DNA of 64,000 nucleotides from Fimicolochytrium jonesii (lineage: Eukaryota). Made by a program: the position numbers and the translations under genes. The stretch covers positions 496,001-560,000 of the forward strand of contig NW_026515681.1 in NCBI RefSeq assembly GCF_025526975.1, written 5' to 3'. The notes beneath the pieces were generated by a model, which did not search any database, was not told where the DNA came from, and saw nothing but the letters and a program-made list of their open reading frames with translations. Shown piece after piece: positions 36,074 to 50,002 of the stretch; the first letter of the stretch is position 1; each line of letters begins with the position of its first letter.

Positions 36074-38041
36074 ATGCCTGCCCTGCACAGCATCCAGACT
36101 GTCCAGGTCCCTGTGGACCGCGGCCTCCTGGACCCCAGGTATTCGCACTTCTCATTAATCAGTCTGAAAACTGCAAAAGTCGTTGCTGAGCACTTCCACA
36201 ACAAAAAGGTTTGACGGCTACAAGCTTAAGATCGATGGCCCCTTCAGTGCGCCGCGGCATATTCGCCTTCCGACGAGTATAAACATGGGCAAGGTTCCAT
36301 CCTTAGCGCACGATCCTTTTCGGAAACTAGAAGCGCGAAGCAAGTTCAACCATTTGTTCGCGTTTCCTGGCACCGATGGTGCATATTATGTGGACGGCAA
36401 CTACACAATGGTGGAAGTGCTGTATAATGAGGTATGCTGAACGCAAGACTTCCCTGCGCATCTGATATTTATAGAACGCTTACCTTCAACGATCAGGCCA
36501 CTGCAGATCTTCACCTCCGCAAAGTGTACCAACTTCCAGTCCCGACTGGTCCCACAGACACGCGAGAGTATCCATCAGTGCGACGTGCTGGCTCACTATT
36601 CATCGTTAGTGATGGCGGTGGAACGATCACCATATTGCAGCATACAAGCACCGACGAATTTCCTGTTGTTGGGCAATTCAGTGGGTTACGGGGAACCCCC
36701 ATTCTGGTGGATGCACTTCTCGAGAGCGATAGGCGGGTCCTGATCATGTATTACCGGATGGAAGAACACGAAGCAGAAGAACCTACGGGCCACACCACCA
36801 CATCGTTTCGGGACAAACAGCGAAGTGAGACCCATCAGAGGTTGTCGTTCTTTCTGAGCCTACTTTCGGTTACCCTTCAGGACCCACCCGTGGGGATGAT
36901 GCTGGAACCGCGGACGGTCATGACCGTGGAAGGGTTCAGTGCGCCGTTTTTAGCCAGTATCGAACCAGATGGGAACGGGTTTGTAGTCGGTGCAGCGACT
37001 CCCTACGAAAATCCGGCACTGAAGCAGGCAGTGGATGCGGCTGCCGCGTCGTCAGCTCCCCGAGGTGTCGGGGCATCAGCACCAACTCCCAACCGGGACG
37101 AAAAGTTGGATTACAAGTGGATGCAGACGGAATCTGACATCACGATTACTGTCCGTCTCCCGCACGTCACGTTGAAAAGCGAGGTTCATTGCCTGTTTAT
37201 GAAACATTGCGTTAAATGTAAAATTCTCCCGCCAAAGGAGGAAACGATATTCGACGCAAAGATCTTCGACGACATCGTGCCATCAGACTGTCTATGGACG
37301 TTGGAGGACAACCGAATGCTTACACTGTACCTACAAAAGGCGAACGAAGGCAGTCGATGGACCCACCTGTGGGACGATGAGAATGACGATGATGTGGAAG
37401 AAACTCTTGACCCGAACGTAATAGCCGAGTTCGCATCCGCTCTGGAAAAGTACACATCTAGCGCTGTTGACACCGACATCCCTCCGTACGCTGCACAGGA
37501 CATCATGAGCGAGCGGCCCGAAGAAGTTGATTTCGAGGGCCATGCCGCTGTTCTGATGCGATACAGTCTGGATGCTAACGCAGGCCCAACGCACATGTCA
37601 CTCACCGGTGGGCGCGAATGGCTTTGTACTTCTTTTGCTTGGACGCCACCGGTCATACCAGCAGTTCCGAGAGTCTTACCTATAACCGTCGCGCTCCGAT
37701 CCGACATCGACGCGTTAGTTTACACCATCGGGACACCAAACCTTTCATTGACGCCGGCGGCAGCGTTCAACGCCTTCGGCTTCGTGCAAGCGAGCAAACG
37801 CGACAAGCGCTTCATGGCGTTCACACACGATGCGCGTTACATGTTCATCGTCGAATCGAAGCGGATGTACGTGTATGCGCAACTGCCCCATGCGGGGGCA
37901 ACTGTGGCGGATCAATATGTGGTTGACTTGGATGAGGGAGGCTTCGAGGGGCAGGGCGATGTTTTGGGAGTACAGCAGATTGCTGCCGGGGCTGTGGTGG
38001 TTCTGAGGGAGGAGTCCCTTACGTTGTTGACCTTCACGTGA
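36074..38041 (+). CDS. NUDCD1: NudC domain-containing protein 1 (CS/p23 domain)
   Basis: LLDPR|FDGYKL at the N-terminus, CS domain YKWMQTESDIT...LWTL...LYLQK, and FNAFGFVQASKRDKRF. Confidence 0.85.
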
Positions 38042-39376
38042 GGTAAGCCAGCGAGCGCTATGCAGGTCGAGCGGTCTAGAACGGGGTAGACAGTTAGCGG
38101 CACCGTCGTGTGAGGAAGTTGCTTACCCGCCCCGAACTCGTCACAAAGCTCTCACAACGCACACCATCCCCCACACCACGCTCCCACACCGCCAAACCCA
38201 CTACACCCAAACTTCACAATCCCCATCATCATCGTCAACCGACCATGTCAACCGGCACGCCAAACACCAATACTGCTCGCACCCCAGCACAACCCTCTCA
38301 AACCACATCCCAGGCTCCGAACAATGCCGCCGGATACGACTGTGTAGGAGGAGTGGAGGGCGAGGTATAGGATGCGGCACCAGCATGTGTGGAAGTTCTG
38401 GAAGGTCGCGCAGTGTACTACGCCAACCATGTGCTTACTAGCACCTTCGAATGCTTGTGCCTCACCCCCGCAAAGGACCCACGACGATTACGAGCATTTG
38501 GCTGTCGAGCACTCCACTGAACCGCCCAGTCATAAGGTTCTACATCAAGCAGTGTCACGGTGTGAAAGATAACGGCGGTAGTCGGCTTCACTCGTTAATC
38601 TTAGACCCAAATGCATAGCTCACGCGGGGGCGTGCAGGTTTCTTTTCTTACGAGTTGGCATGTGGCATATGGCACATGGAGGACCGGAGTGGAGGAAGGA
38701 ATTGCAGCATTTCAGAGCGTATATAGTTGATTAGTGAATAGTTTTTAACACGTATGTTCCGTATGAATTGATTGTGAGATGCATTGATGTAACCAGCAAG
38801 CAGCAACCAACATGCTATCTGAAGGAACCGAGGATGTGTTGCGATAACAAGAGTACTGGGGAAAGTATATTTCAACCCGGAAGAGTGCGCGCGAGTATCG
38901 TTATATATGTAGGCCGCTCCCAAACCATATATGATTAAAACTACGACGAAGGTGGGGAAAAAGCAGTGAAATGTACGGAGCAAATCGAAGATTCGCGCTG
39001 TCGAATTTTGTCTCCTGTCAATCGGACAACGTTTGGGTTCTCTCCGCACTTTCTCGATTTCCAGATCCACGCCGAAAGATAGGGACTTGAGAGCGGAACT
39101 TGGCGTCTTTCTCAACCTCCAGGAAGAGCAACCAGAATCTAGCTTCCGACCTGTAGCCTGAGACGAGCCTCCCTCACTTGCGCCCCGTCGTCCCGTCCCA
39201 AGCGTGAACAAGTCTTTCGACAGCACGCCCGTCAGTGCTTCCTCTCAGGTAGGAAGGGGCGAGCGGGGGAAGGGTGGAAGCTTGGTACCGCAACCCGTCC
39301 GTGATTTGGTAGGCTTGTATCGATAAACCGAGCCGAGCTCACCACCTTGTCCGTCCCTTCAAGAACAACATCATTC

Positions 39377-41631
39377 ATGTCCAGGTATCAAGCGACCGTC
39401 AGGCGCGGAAAGGCCAAGCGACCCTTCGACCCCGCCTGGATCTATGCAGCCATAGTGAACCCTCCGAACGCCCGTGGACCTGAAAAGTGTTATGGATGCG
39501 ACGAGGTGCTTCCGCCATACTGTTACTCGGAGTAAGTTCCTGGAGATGTGCCTCACTGCGAGCGACTCTGGAGCTGTCGAAAGTTTGATGTGCCGGAGAG
39601 TTTCCACTTTCCGTGCGACCATGCGAATGTGGCTCTGAAGACAAAGGCTATTGGCTCACATTCACCGTTTTCATCCCTTACCATCCCGTATTCAGGACTC
39701 AATGGCGAAACAAACGCCGTCGCTGCAGGAAATGCATCGAAGAGTACCGCGGCTCATGGGTAGAGTTCGAGTCCACCCTGCGTGCGCGCGAGGCGCGAGC
39801 CGAAGAGGTCCGTGCCGAGCAACAGCTACGGTTCCTGCCTGAGAGCAGCATGTCGAAGAGGAAGCCGCAGGCAAAGATGGAGAAGAGGATTGCTGCATAT
39901 CATCAACGACTAAACAGTGCGATTCTGGGCTGGGACGACGAGCCCGAACCGGTGCCTATGAGGGCCAACGAGCCGCAAGGGCAGAGATTGACTGTGACGA
40001 TCGCTAATGAGTGGCCAGCTCTAACGTCAGGTATGACTTCCATTTTGTTTCCGGGCGCATCTTTCGCTTTGATCCCGTATTGTGAGACTTACGAAATCAC
40101 ATCAACACTAATCTCTGTACATCGGACAGCTTCCACCATGTCCACCGCTCGGCCAGCTGGTAGCACGGCTAATCAAGCTAGACCGCCGCAACCCAGTGGT
40201 CCCAGCACCGCCGTCAATAAGCCAGTTCCGGCAACCGCACAGGTTACAAACGGACTAACACCGACATTCCGTCCGATCAAAAGCACCTCGACCGCCGGAC
40301 CGTCGGGTGCAACGGGCGCGCGCAATGGAATTCCCACAAGCGGCAGCATCAGTGGCGGTTCTCAGAATGGACTTCCCAAGACGCCGGCATCTGGCGGAAA
40401 TACTCCGACGGTTACGACCAGCACCGCTGAAGGCAGCAATGGAAATGGAGCTGGAGCTTCAGGCGCTGCCGGGAACGGCATGCAGCAACGACAACCTCTA
40501 GCGAATGTTCAGCCAAGTGCTGACAAGCCGGCAGTCGGATCTGCCCTTATTAGAGAGCAGCAGCGACAATCTTCGACGAAAGTTCAGCTCATTGCTGAAA
40601 AGTCGGCCATCGGATCTGTGATCACCACTGGACAGCAATGCCAATCTCCACCAACCGGCCAGCCCACCCCCGATAAATCTCTGCACGGCAAAACACCTCT
40701 CATTCGATCACCCGCAAACCAACTCGAAAAGAACAGAGTGAGGAACCACAACAGCCGAATCTCATCGCTGTTCAAAAATGCCATCGCTGATTTAGTCAAC
40801 CATAACAACCAGGCCAAGCCGGCTGCTGGGAAGAAAGATGCGGGTGATGATATTTCGGCGATGCCCGTGGTTACGGCTGCTGCTGGCGTCCCGCCTGTTA
40901 TCGTTCAACCTGTAGCGAGCGTCCCCCCCGCGGCTGAGGGTGATAAGGGACCCGTTCAAGTTAAGCAGTGGAAACGGCTCCTGCTCTCCACGTCGCCGCT
41001 GATTTCCATTGGAAGTAAGTTCCTGCGCTCCCATTCCGTCATACTGGAGCCCTCATCCACACTGGGTAGAAGAATCTCCACTCATTTCTTTTCCCCTTGA
41101 TGCTTAGAGCGCAAACTCGTCCGCGACCCTGCAATCGAGCTGCAGCTCGGCCTGGTTGTGCGCGTCGGCTCGCGTGCATTTGTTATCATCGAGGGCGAAG
41201 GTGAAAGAGTGGCGTCGTACCTCGATATGATCAAGGTACGCACATCCGGGCCGTCTGGGTGGAATTGGGGTCTTCTGCAGGTATCAGCAGTTGGAGAGCG
41301 ATGTTTTGCCGGTGGCTCACATTCACGGAAATCGCAGACCCTAGCCCCGGAAAAACTGGAAGAAGAGACGCAACTCGACCCGCGGGACAATGGATGGGCA
41401 AAACTGCTCGTCAAGAACGATGGTAATGAGCAACGTCAACCAGTGACCGACATGATTATAGGCGAGGACAAGTTCATCGACCGGTAATGTGTCCGAGTAT
41501 CCTTCTCATTCGGCTTTTCATTCGGTTGTGGAACTTACTCTTTCAAGGATTTTAGAATAAAAGAACTCAACGTCTACGGCATCTACGCCAAGTACTTGAA
41601 GAAGCTGGCGGACAAGCACGCCATCATATAA
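39377..41631 (+). CDS. Hypothetical multi-exon protein: N-terminal C4 zinc module, low-complexity middle, small alpha/beta C-terminal domain
   Basis: Intron 39532-39695 joins CYGCDEVLPPYCYSE to TQWRNKRRRCRKC. Long ORF 39613-41100, with further GT-AG exons to TAA 41631. The model is uncertain and could be two genes. Confidence 0.5.
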
Positions 41632-42231
41632 GGTGTCGACGGCAGGAGCTTATCACAACATGAACACATCCTAAATTTAGAATCACACCACACGTTCTTG
41701 GCATCAACGCTGGACTTCAAGCAGCAGCAGGATGCATCAAAAGAACTTCGATAACTAGTCGCTCAACCCGCCCCAAAATGGCGTGTCATTCGAAGAAAAA
41801 CGGCGTATATAATGACTGTTCCCACTGTTGTGTGAAAGGCATAGAACGGTTTCGATATTATCTTTCTCGTTTCGTCTCGTACGGTGTCTGCATGTGAAGT
41901 GGCAGTTCTGTATCCCAAAGAGCACCAGAGCTACTGTAGTAATGAAAGTCACGCAGTCCGTACTTGGAACTTTCCACTTGTCCAGCCGTCAAGTTATTCG
42001 CAGGATGTCGGCCACATCAATGTGCTCTGACAGGTGGCGCAGCCCATTAGCTCACGCGATCTCTCACAGCGGACAACTTTCATCTAATGCAAATCAAAAC
42101 CAAATCATGACCCATTCAAGATGATAGATACACAATTCTCCTGTACCTTGCTTGTACCATTCCATGACGCCGCTACACATCACGTTCCCTGCCAAAATCC
42201 CTACTAGCCCAACCCATTTGAATAGCCCAAC

Positions 42232-43787
42232 CTAATCTGTCTCGTCATAAGTGTTATCCACGGCCCCAACCATCAACTTGACCAACCACATTCCCGGGGT
42301 CAGGCTAACACCCTTCTTCGCCATCTCCTGCTGCTCGAGCTCAAAGTAAGACGTGCAATCAATCATCTTGCCCACAACGGGGTCGTTATCCAACGCCGCC
42401 AAGAACTTTTGCGCGCCGGCGTCTTTACCGACTTGCGCAAACTGGAACGCGACAGCGGTGGGTCCATAGCGGGTCGACGCGAGGGCCTGTTTAGCGCCGC
42501 TAATGACGGTGTTGATCTGGGAACGGGGTTCGCCGACCGGTTCGCCGTCGGTGATGACGACAACGAGGATGGGTTTAGGGAGGGAGTTATTGCGGGCGGG
42601 ACCCACGATGATGGGTTGGATGACTTTGGCGTCGAGTTTGGTGCCGAGGGGGGTGGTGCCCATGTAGTTGACGGAACGGACTAGTTTGGAGGCTTCGGCT
42701 TCGGTGCGGATGTTGTTGCCTTGCTGGTCGTTGTTCATGAAGCGGACGCTCTGTTGAAGAATGGGAGGGTTAGCATGCGTCTACGACGCTCAGGAGTATC
42801 TCAACGGGAATTATAACTTACGATGCCATCTTGATCAAACAATGATGAGATCTCGGCGACTTTCGAAACGATAAGATTCAAGTCTTCCACGCGCTCTCCG
42901 CCTTCCGCGGCAATCATGGATCCAGAATCGTCGGCGTAAATGACAATGTCATACAGCGCCAATGATGCAAGGTCGTACGCGAGTTCCGGCGTCTGGAGCT
43001 TCCACTGAGCGGTGAGGTAATCAAAGTCCACCGAGCGGGAGACCCTGTCTGCGATTTGTTGAACCGTTTGTGGGGGATAGAAGTTGCCCAATTGATTGCT
43101 TTGAACGATGAAGTTCAGCTTGTTCAGAATAACTGGGAAGGCACGTTGAGCGGCCTGTGGATGCGGGGGATTCCGTGAGACGCCCATCTCTCCGCCCTGT
43201 TGCGGAGGAGCGCCGTATTGTCCTTGAGGAGGTGCTCCGCCGTACTGCCCTTGAGGAGGTGCTCCGTATTGACCCTGGGGGGCTCCGCCGTACTGCCCTT
43301 GAGGAGGTGCTCCGTATTGACCTTGAGGGGGTGCTCCACCGTACGGATTGAGCTGAGGCGGTCCACCAAACTGGCCCTGAGGAGGTGCTCCACCATATGG
43401 TCCTTGAGGAGGTGCGCCACCATATTGCCCTTGCGGTGGCGGGACGTAAAAGCCGCCGGGACCGCCTGGCGGTGCGAACCCTCCGGGACCTTGTTGCGGC
43501 GCTCCATACTGACCATGACCTCCAGCGGGAGGAGGTGCGAAGCCACCAGGTGGTCCACTAGGCGGTGCTGATGCGGGAGGTTGACCACCGTAAGCACCAC
43601 CATACGCGCCTTGCGGAGGAGGTTGTTGTGGGTTGTAGGGCTGTTGACCTGGGGGAGCTTGGCCGTAGGCACCAGGAGGCGGGCCACCTGGGGTTCCATA
43701 CTGCTGTTGCTGCTGCTGTCCGTACGCACCAGGAGGGGCCCCACCAGGAGGAGCACCACCCGCGGCTAGTTTGCTTGCGAGACCCAT
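42232..43787 (-). CDS. vWA-domain protein with G/P/Q/Y-rich repeat N-terminus
   Basis: MGLASKLA start, (GAPPQGQYG)n repeats, MIDAS-like [15 protein letters not shown] and VVITDGEP; one intron near 42750-42820. Confidence 0.88.
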
Positions 43788-44954
43788 GATGTGTGTTAAC
43801 AGCTGTTGCTTTGGAATTTTGAGGGAACGGGTTCCAGATGGAGTGTGACGAGGTGTGATAAGTAGTTGTGATCGTGAAGATGAGAGCCTGTTTCGAGTGG
43901 TGCGGCTGTAAAACCTAAATCAAAACCAGTATGAGCATCTACTACCAATAGCTACTGGTAGTGGAGCCACCGAGAGGAGTGCTTACCGATGGTAGCTATG
44001 CGTTTGTGTGGGAGTTGCCTGAGTCTGGAGGGTGGAGGGGCGGGTGGTGGGTGCCTTTTGAGCAAGCGGGACACCTGGGGAGGAAGCCTCGCCGCCCCCA
44101 GGCAGGCAGTGCACGCGTGACTCATCATCACTTTATGACTGGACGGACGGCCACAGTGCCAAGTGTGCGTGCGACAAGGCGGTGCTGAGGGTGGGGAGCA
44201 AAACGCACTTGGCACCCATCACCAGTGCCACACCCGCTTGAGTCTTGACAACCCGCTGCAAGGGCTCCACCTCCACACCATGTCAAGCAAAGGGAGAGTG
44301 CTTCCGGAAGGGGATGAAGAATCTTTTGGGGTTCGGCATGAGCGAAAAGCTTTGGGTGCATGGAGACTTCAGGAAAAGTTCACAGGACTGCGATGCGGGG
44401 TCGCCGACGCATCGACCGTCAGACTGCTTGCCCGGGGACAATCCTCAAGTCACTTGACAGTCGCTCTACTCGTGGACGAACATGAGCATGAGCACATGCA
44501 GACCATCGGTGTCGGGACAACATTTCGTGAAGTGGAAGCTGTGGAAGTCCCCTCTCCTTGGACAGTGTGGAAGGGCCATTTCGAAGACGGTTGATGAAGA
44601 GACAGACTCACTGTGCGAGGGCGGATGCGTACTTCTTTTGATTAGCGGTGCCTAATGGCGGACGATCAGACTTGTTGTTTCTGAGTTGAAGAGTCTAACC
44701 AAAACGCGGCAGTGGGCGGCGGGTTTGCGAGTTCCCGTCTCTCCTCCTTCGCATGTGCTAACGCGTCAACCCGCTTGGTCACGGGAAAGGAACAGTTCGA
44801 GTTCAACCGGGCTCAGCCAACGGCCATTTGGGAAGAAACTCGCCCGTCGCACATGCACATACAGTAGGAAGGTCCTTCCGTAGATAAATAGAGCGTAATA
44901 GAGTAACGTGCGGGTAGTGAGGGCGGCTCTTATAGTTCATTACAGCGGGTGTCG

Positions 44955-47900
44955 ATGCACAGGATTGCACCGCTTTCTCGCACGCGAGCTCAGGCTCTTT
45001 CACTCCGACAAAGCGGTCCGTCTTTCTTTACCTCCAGAGCATATATTCGCGCAAGTGGTGAAATGTCGTCCGTCCGGTTGGCTTCGGCCAAGAGGATAGA
45101 TCTTGTCCGTTCGCATTTGTCAGGGTCCAGTAGGTTATTCAGTACGACCGCTGCAGGTGTGTTTCCACTTCCCGTTGCGCCGCGTTTTCTCACCACTGAA
45201 ACGAACCATTTGGCAACTCATATATGACTTTGCAGTACTCAGTGATTCTGACCCAGAGCGGGTCTGTATTGGAGATGTCTGCATCAATATCACTCCCGCA
45301 CGCCAACCCCAGTATGTTCCGATTGAGGCTCTGTTGTCTATGGACCGGCAGGATAATCTAGAACATCTCCAATGGATGATGAGGAAAGATCTTCTTGGTC
45401 AGGACATGTTCTTGATTGGGTAGGTACAGCCATCCGTTTCGAACGCATTGAGTCGTTTTTGAACGTACTCATTCAATCATCCTGTCAACAGTCCTCCAGG
45501 TCCATTGAAGCGGCATCTGGCCTTGACCTACCTCCACCTGACCGATAGAGAGCACGAATACGTCGCCCTGCATCGCGACACATCCGCAGAGTCAGACCTG
45601 AAGCAGCGACGAGAGATCGTCCGAGAGTCAGGGGCAATAGGTCTCACCGCACAATGGGTAGATGGAGTGGCAGTCAAAGCCGCGATAGAAGGCCGCGTGC
45701 TGGTCATTGAGGGCATCGAAAAGGCGGAACGGAACGTATTGCCTGTGTTGAACAATCTGCTGGAGAACCGAGAGATGTCCCTCGAGGATGGCCGACACAT
45801 CGTGCACCCTTCGCGCTACGACGCGCTCCTCAAAGACCATTCGAAAGAGGAACTAGATTCCTGGCGATTGGTGCGGGCGAGCGAACACTTCAGGGTCATT
45901 GCTTTGGGCGTACCGGTACCTCCTTATCCAGGAAACCCGCTGGACCCGCCTTTCCGAAGTCGGTTCCAGGTTCGTTATGTCGAATCGCCTTACGATGGGT
46001 CAGAGGGTCGGTCGCATGTTGTCGGGGCAGCGGAGCCACCTGCAGATTTGGCAGCCATCGGTGAACTACTGGCCAAACTGCGAGATGTGATACGGAGCAT
46101 AAAGTACACGCACGAGATACAGGATCAGGTGACGATTTCGAGCGGAGATGGTCTGGATTCTAGACTACTGCCCCACTTTCCGCAAACTGCGGTGGGCGGC
46201 ATTAGTGATCTCCTCACTGTGTTCCCTGATGAAGCAAAAGCCGGTGCATTCATCCTGCCTCGCTTCTGGCCAGCCGCTTGGATCGGAAATGCGTTGAACA
46301 ATGAACAGACGCAATCGTTCCAGTCCCTGGCCAAGCAGCTTGGGCTCAACCTCGAGTTGCAGCTAACCAAGAACGCCCAGCAGCTGTCAGAGTACGAACT
46401 GAGCGACGTATCTAGCGGGTCAGCGCGGTTCCTTTCTTCCAACGGGTCCGTCATCGTCCCGATCGAGATGGGCGCAACGCAGCCCGTGCCGCTGTCATCC
46501 AACAGCATCGGAAGCTATGGCGGGACGTTCGTCCACACGCCGCGATACAGGGATGTCATCTCTCGGATCGCGCAAGCCCATGCTTTAGGAGCAGACATGT
46601 GTCTCGTAGGCCCGAAAGGCAGCGGCAAGACCACTGCCATCATGCGCTTTGCGGCACTGTTTGGATTCGAAACCGAGACGCTGCACATGTACCGCGACAT
46701 GACAGCGAGGGACGTGCTGCAACGGCGCGGCACACGCAGCGACGGCAGCACGTTCTGGGAAAACTCGGGCCTAGTGCGCGCGGCGCTAGAGGGAAAGATT
46801 GCAGTGCTCGATGGCTTGCATTGGGTACGTGCCGGCACTATCGCGGCTCTGCAGCGTCTCGTGCAGGATAGGGAAGCGTTCTTGCCTGACGGTACCATCT
46901 TGACGAGCGCGGAGAACTTTGGATTTCTTAAAGAGCGCATGGGCCAGTCGACTGAGCAGCTCAATGCGGCTGGAGTCTTCAGCATCCACCCCGCTTTCCG
47001 GATCATCGCCACGTCCAGCGTCGTTTTGCATCACAAGGCGCAGAAGCAGGATCTCGCCTGGCTGACCGAGGAGATTGGCGCCATGTTCCAGTTCATCGAA
47101 GTGGGCTCCATGACGCTTGCTGAGGAAGCCGCTCTTTTGCAGACATTGACGGGATGCCCGCAAGGACCGCTGAAGCAGCTGCTGAACTTTGCAGCCAAGT
47201 TCCGGCAACTGGCCGAGGGCGGGGGCTCGGGGCACGAAACCGTGCTTGCGAAATCTGCTTCCTTGTCCACTCGACAGCTACTCCGGATCTGTCGCCGGGT
47301 AGCCAAACACCCCGACGAAAGCCTCTACACCGCTATTCACCGCACCTGTCTCAGCCCGTTCCTCCCGCAACTGGCGCGCCAAGCTTTGGAAGACGTTCTG
47401 ATCGAATGTGGGATTTCACCCGTCAAACAGCCCACGATCCACAGCATCACCACCTCTCTATCCACTGTGAGTTTCGGCGACGTTCATGTACCCAGATATA
47501 CTGTGCGCGCCGACGACGCCGAGGCACGAGCCCTCATCCCGCAAACAACAGCAGGTGGGCCAGGGTTCTTCGACAATGAGGTGCACACGCGAATCATGAG
47601 AGAGATCGCGATCGACTTTTCCCTCGGCGAGCACCTGCTGCTCATCGGAAACCAAGGCGTGGGCAAGAACCGCCTTACGGACCGCTTCCTGGAGTTGATA
47701 GGCCGGCCTCGTGAATACGTCCAGCTGCATCGAGACACCACCGTGCAATCGCTGACTGTGCAGCCCTTTGTCGAGGATGGGGTGATCATCTACAAGGACA
47801 GTCCGTTGGTTCGGGCAGCCAGGAAAGGTCGCGTTCTCATCGTCGACGAGGCTGACAAAGCGCCCGTGTACATCACCAGCATCCTAAAAAGCCTAGCAGA

Positions 47901-50002
47901 AACCGGCGAGATGCCCTTAGCTGACGGCCGCCGCATCCGCCCCGCCCCACTCGACCCCACCTCCATCGACCCCACGCGTGACATCATCCTCCACCCCGAA
48001 TTCCAGATTATCGTCCTCGCCAACCGCCCCGGCTACCCCTTCCTCGGCAACGACTTCTTCGGCGCCATCGGCGAAGTCTTCTCATGCCACGCGGTCGAGA
48101 ACCCGGACGCCGCGTCCGAGCTACAACTCCTCCGCCAGTTCGCGCCGCACGTCGACCTCGAGACGCTCTCACAGCTCGTCGGCGCGTTTGGCGAGCTGCG
48201 ACGCGCGTTCGACGATGGATTGGTCGCATACCCGTACTCATTGCGCGAGCTGATGAATTTGTTAAAGCATATGCAGCGGTTCCCGGATGAGCCGCTGGAC
48301 CAGGTGTTGAGGAATGTGTTTGATTTTGATGTGCATCGGAAGGAATTTTTTGAGGTTCTGGTTGCGGCGTTGGAGAAGCATGGGTTGAATGTGCGCGCGG
48401 TGGGGATGAGGGCATTGAAGAGGGATGGAGAGGGTGGGGCGGAGAAGAAGTTGGAGATCAAGTGGGAGAAGGGGAAGAGTAAGGCGCCGCCAGAGGTATG
48501 CCTTCATGTGATTTCCCACCAAATCAAAATCATCCTTACACCCAGCTGATATAAATTCCCAATCATAGGCGTCTGGCCCGAAGCACGGAAAAGAGGATGA
48601 CCAACCTCACGTCGGCGGAAACCAGTAAGTGCATCCAACACCCCGAAGAGCAGCATAACGGATTACCTCCCTGCCGCTAACACATAATTGCGTCCTTCCC
48701 AGATGGGCCGGTGGCTCAGGCGGCAGCGACACAGCCGGCATTGGCGGTCGGGCGGGCCCCTACCGCTTGCACAAAAAAGGGCAACCAATCGTGCGCCTCC
48801 CCGACGACGTCAAAAACGACGTTCCCGAGCACGTCAAAGAAGCCGCGCGCAAGATGGGGCGCGAGGCCCTCATGAAACGGTTGGAGGAAATCAAGATGTC
48901 GACGCATGAAGCGACGGTGTACAGGGATATTTACAATAATGTCCGCACGGAGATTAGGCAGTTGAGGGTTATTTTGGAGGGCGTGCAGGCGAGAGAGAAG
49001 GAGCGGACGTGGTTGCAGAATCAGACGGATGGGGAGCTGGATGAGGCGAAGATCGTGGAAGGTATATGTGATTGTGAACCCGTATTGGCCTTTTTTGGTG
49101 TCGCAGTGTGGCTCACGACTGCTTTCCTCATATTCAAGGTCTGACTGGGGAGACGGCCATATACAAGCGTCGCGGAGAGGAAACGCCCGAACACGGCGCG
49201 ATACAGAAGAAACCCAAGCGCCTGAAGTTTGTCTTTGACGTCAGCGCCAGCATGTACAGTTACAATGAACACGACGGGCGATTGAACAGGAGTTTAGAGA
49301 CTGCTCTTATGGTATGTGGTGTTCATCCCATGGAAGCTCTATGTTGGATGAACCTCTCTGACTGCTCTCATCACCCTTTCAGATCATGGAAAGCTTGCAG
49401 TCCCTGGGGGACAAATACGTGTACGATATTGTTGGTCATTCGGGTGATTCAGAATGCATCGTATTTGTACCGCCGGGACAGCCGCCAGCGGACGAGATGG
49501 AACGCTTGCGGGTCTTGCAATCCATGTCTGCGCATTCCCAATGTAAGACAAATCACGCGCCTTCCTGCATATCATTCCAAGCCGCAACTCAAATTCTTCT
49601 CATCCCTACAGATTGCTTTTCTGGAGACACGACGCTTAAGGCAACCGAACGGGCCGTGAAAGACATAGTCAAAGACGACGCGGACGACTACTTCACCCTC
49701 GTCATGTCTGACGCCAATTTACGGCGATACGGCATCCAGCCCGCGGCGCTGGCGAAGATCGTTGAATCGGACCCGAAAGTCAATGCCGCTGTGCTGTTCA
49801 TTGGAAGTCTGGGCGAGGAGGCCAAGATGTAAGATGCTGTATCGTGTGGAGCTTCGCATTGGATGATGGCTGTTGACTTTCTTCTCTGTACATCTGCGAT
49901 TTTAGTCTTACACGCAATATGCCTCCCGGCAAAGCCTTTGTGGCGCTCAACACTAGCGACATTCCGAAGATCCTCAAGGAGATTTTCACTGCTATTGCGT
50001 AA
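44955..50002 (+). CDS. VWA8: VWA8 (AAA+ x3 plus vWA), multi-exon, with a mitochondrial-type presequence
   Basis: HLQWMMRKDLLGQDMFLIG|PPGP, DLKQRREI, GPKGSGKT, GNQGVGKN, HVGGNQWAGGSGGSDTAG, FVFDVSASM, SDANLRRYGI. Confidence 0.92.

Noticed and set aside
38245..38520. Short ORF MSTGTPNTNTARTPAQ with a CA-rich leader
   Set aside because: It stops after about 41 codons and has no domain or supported splice continuation.
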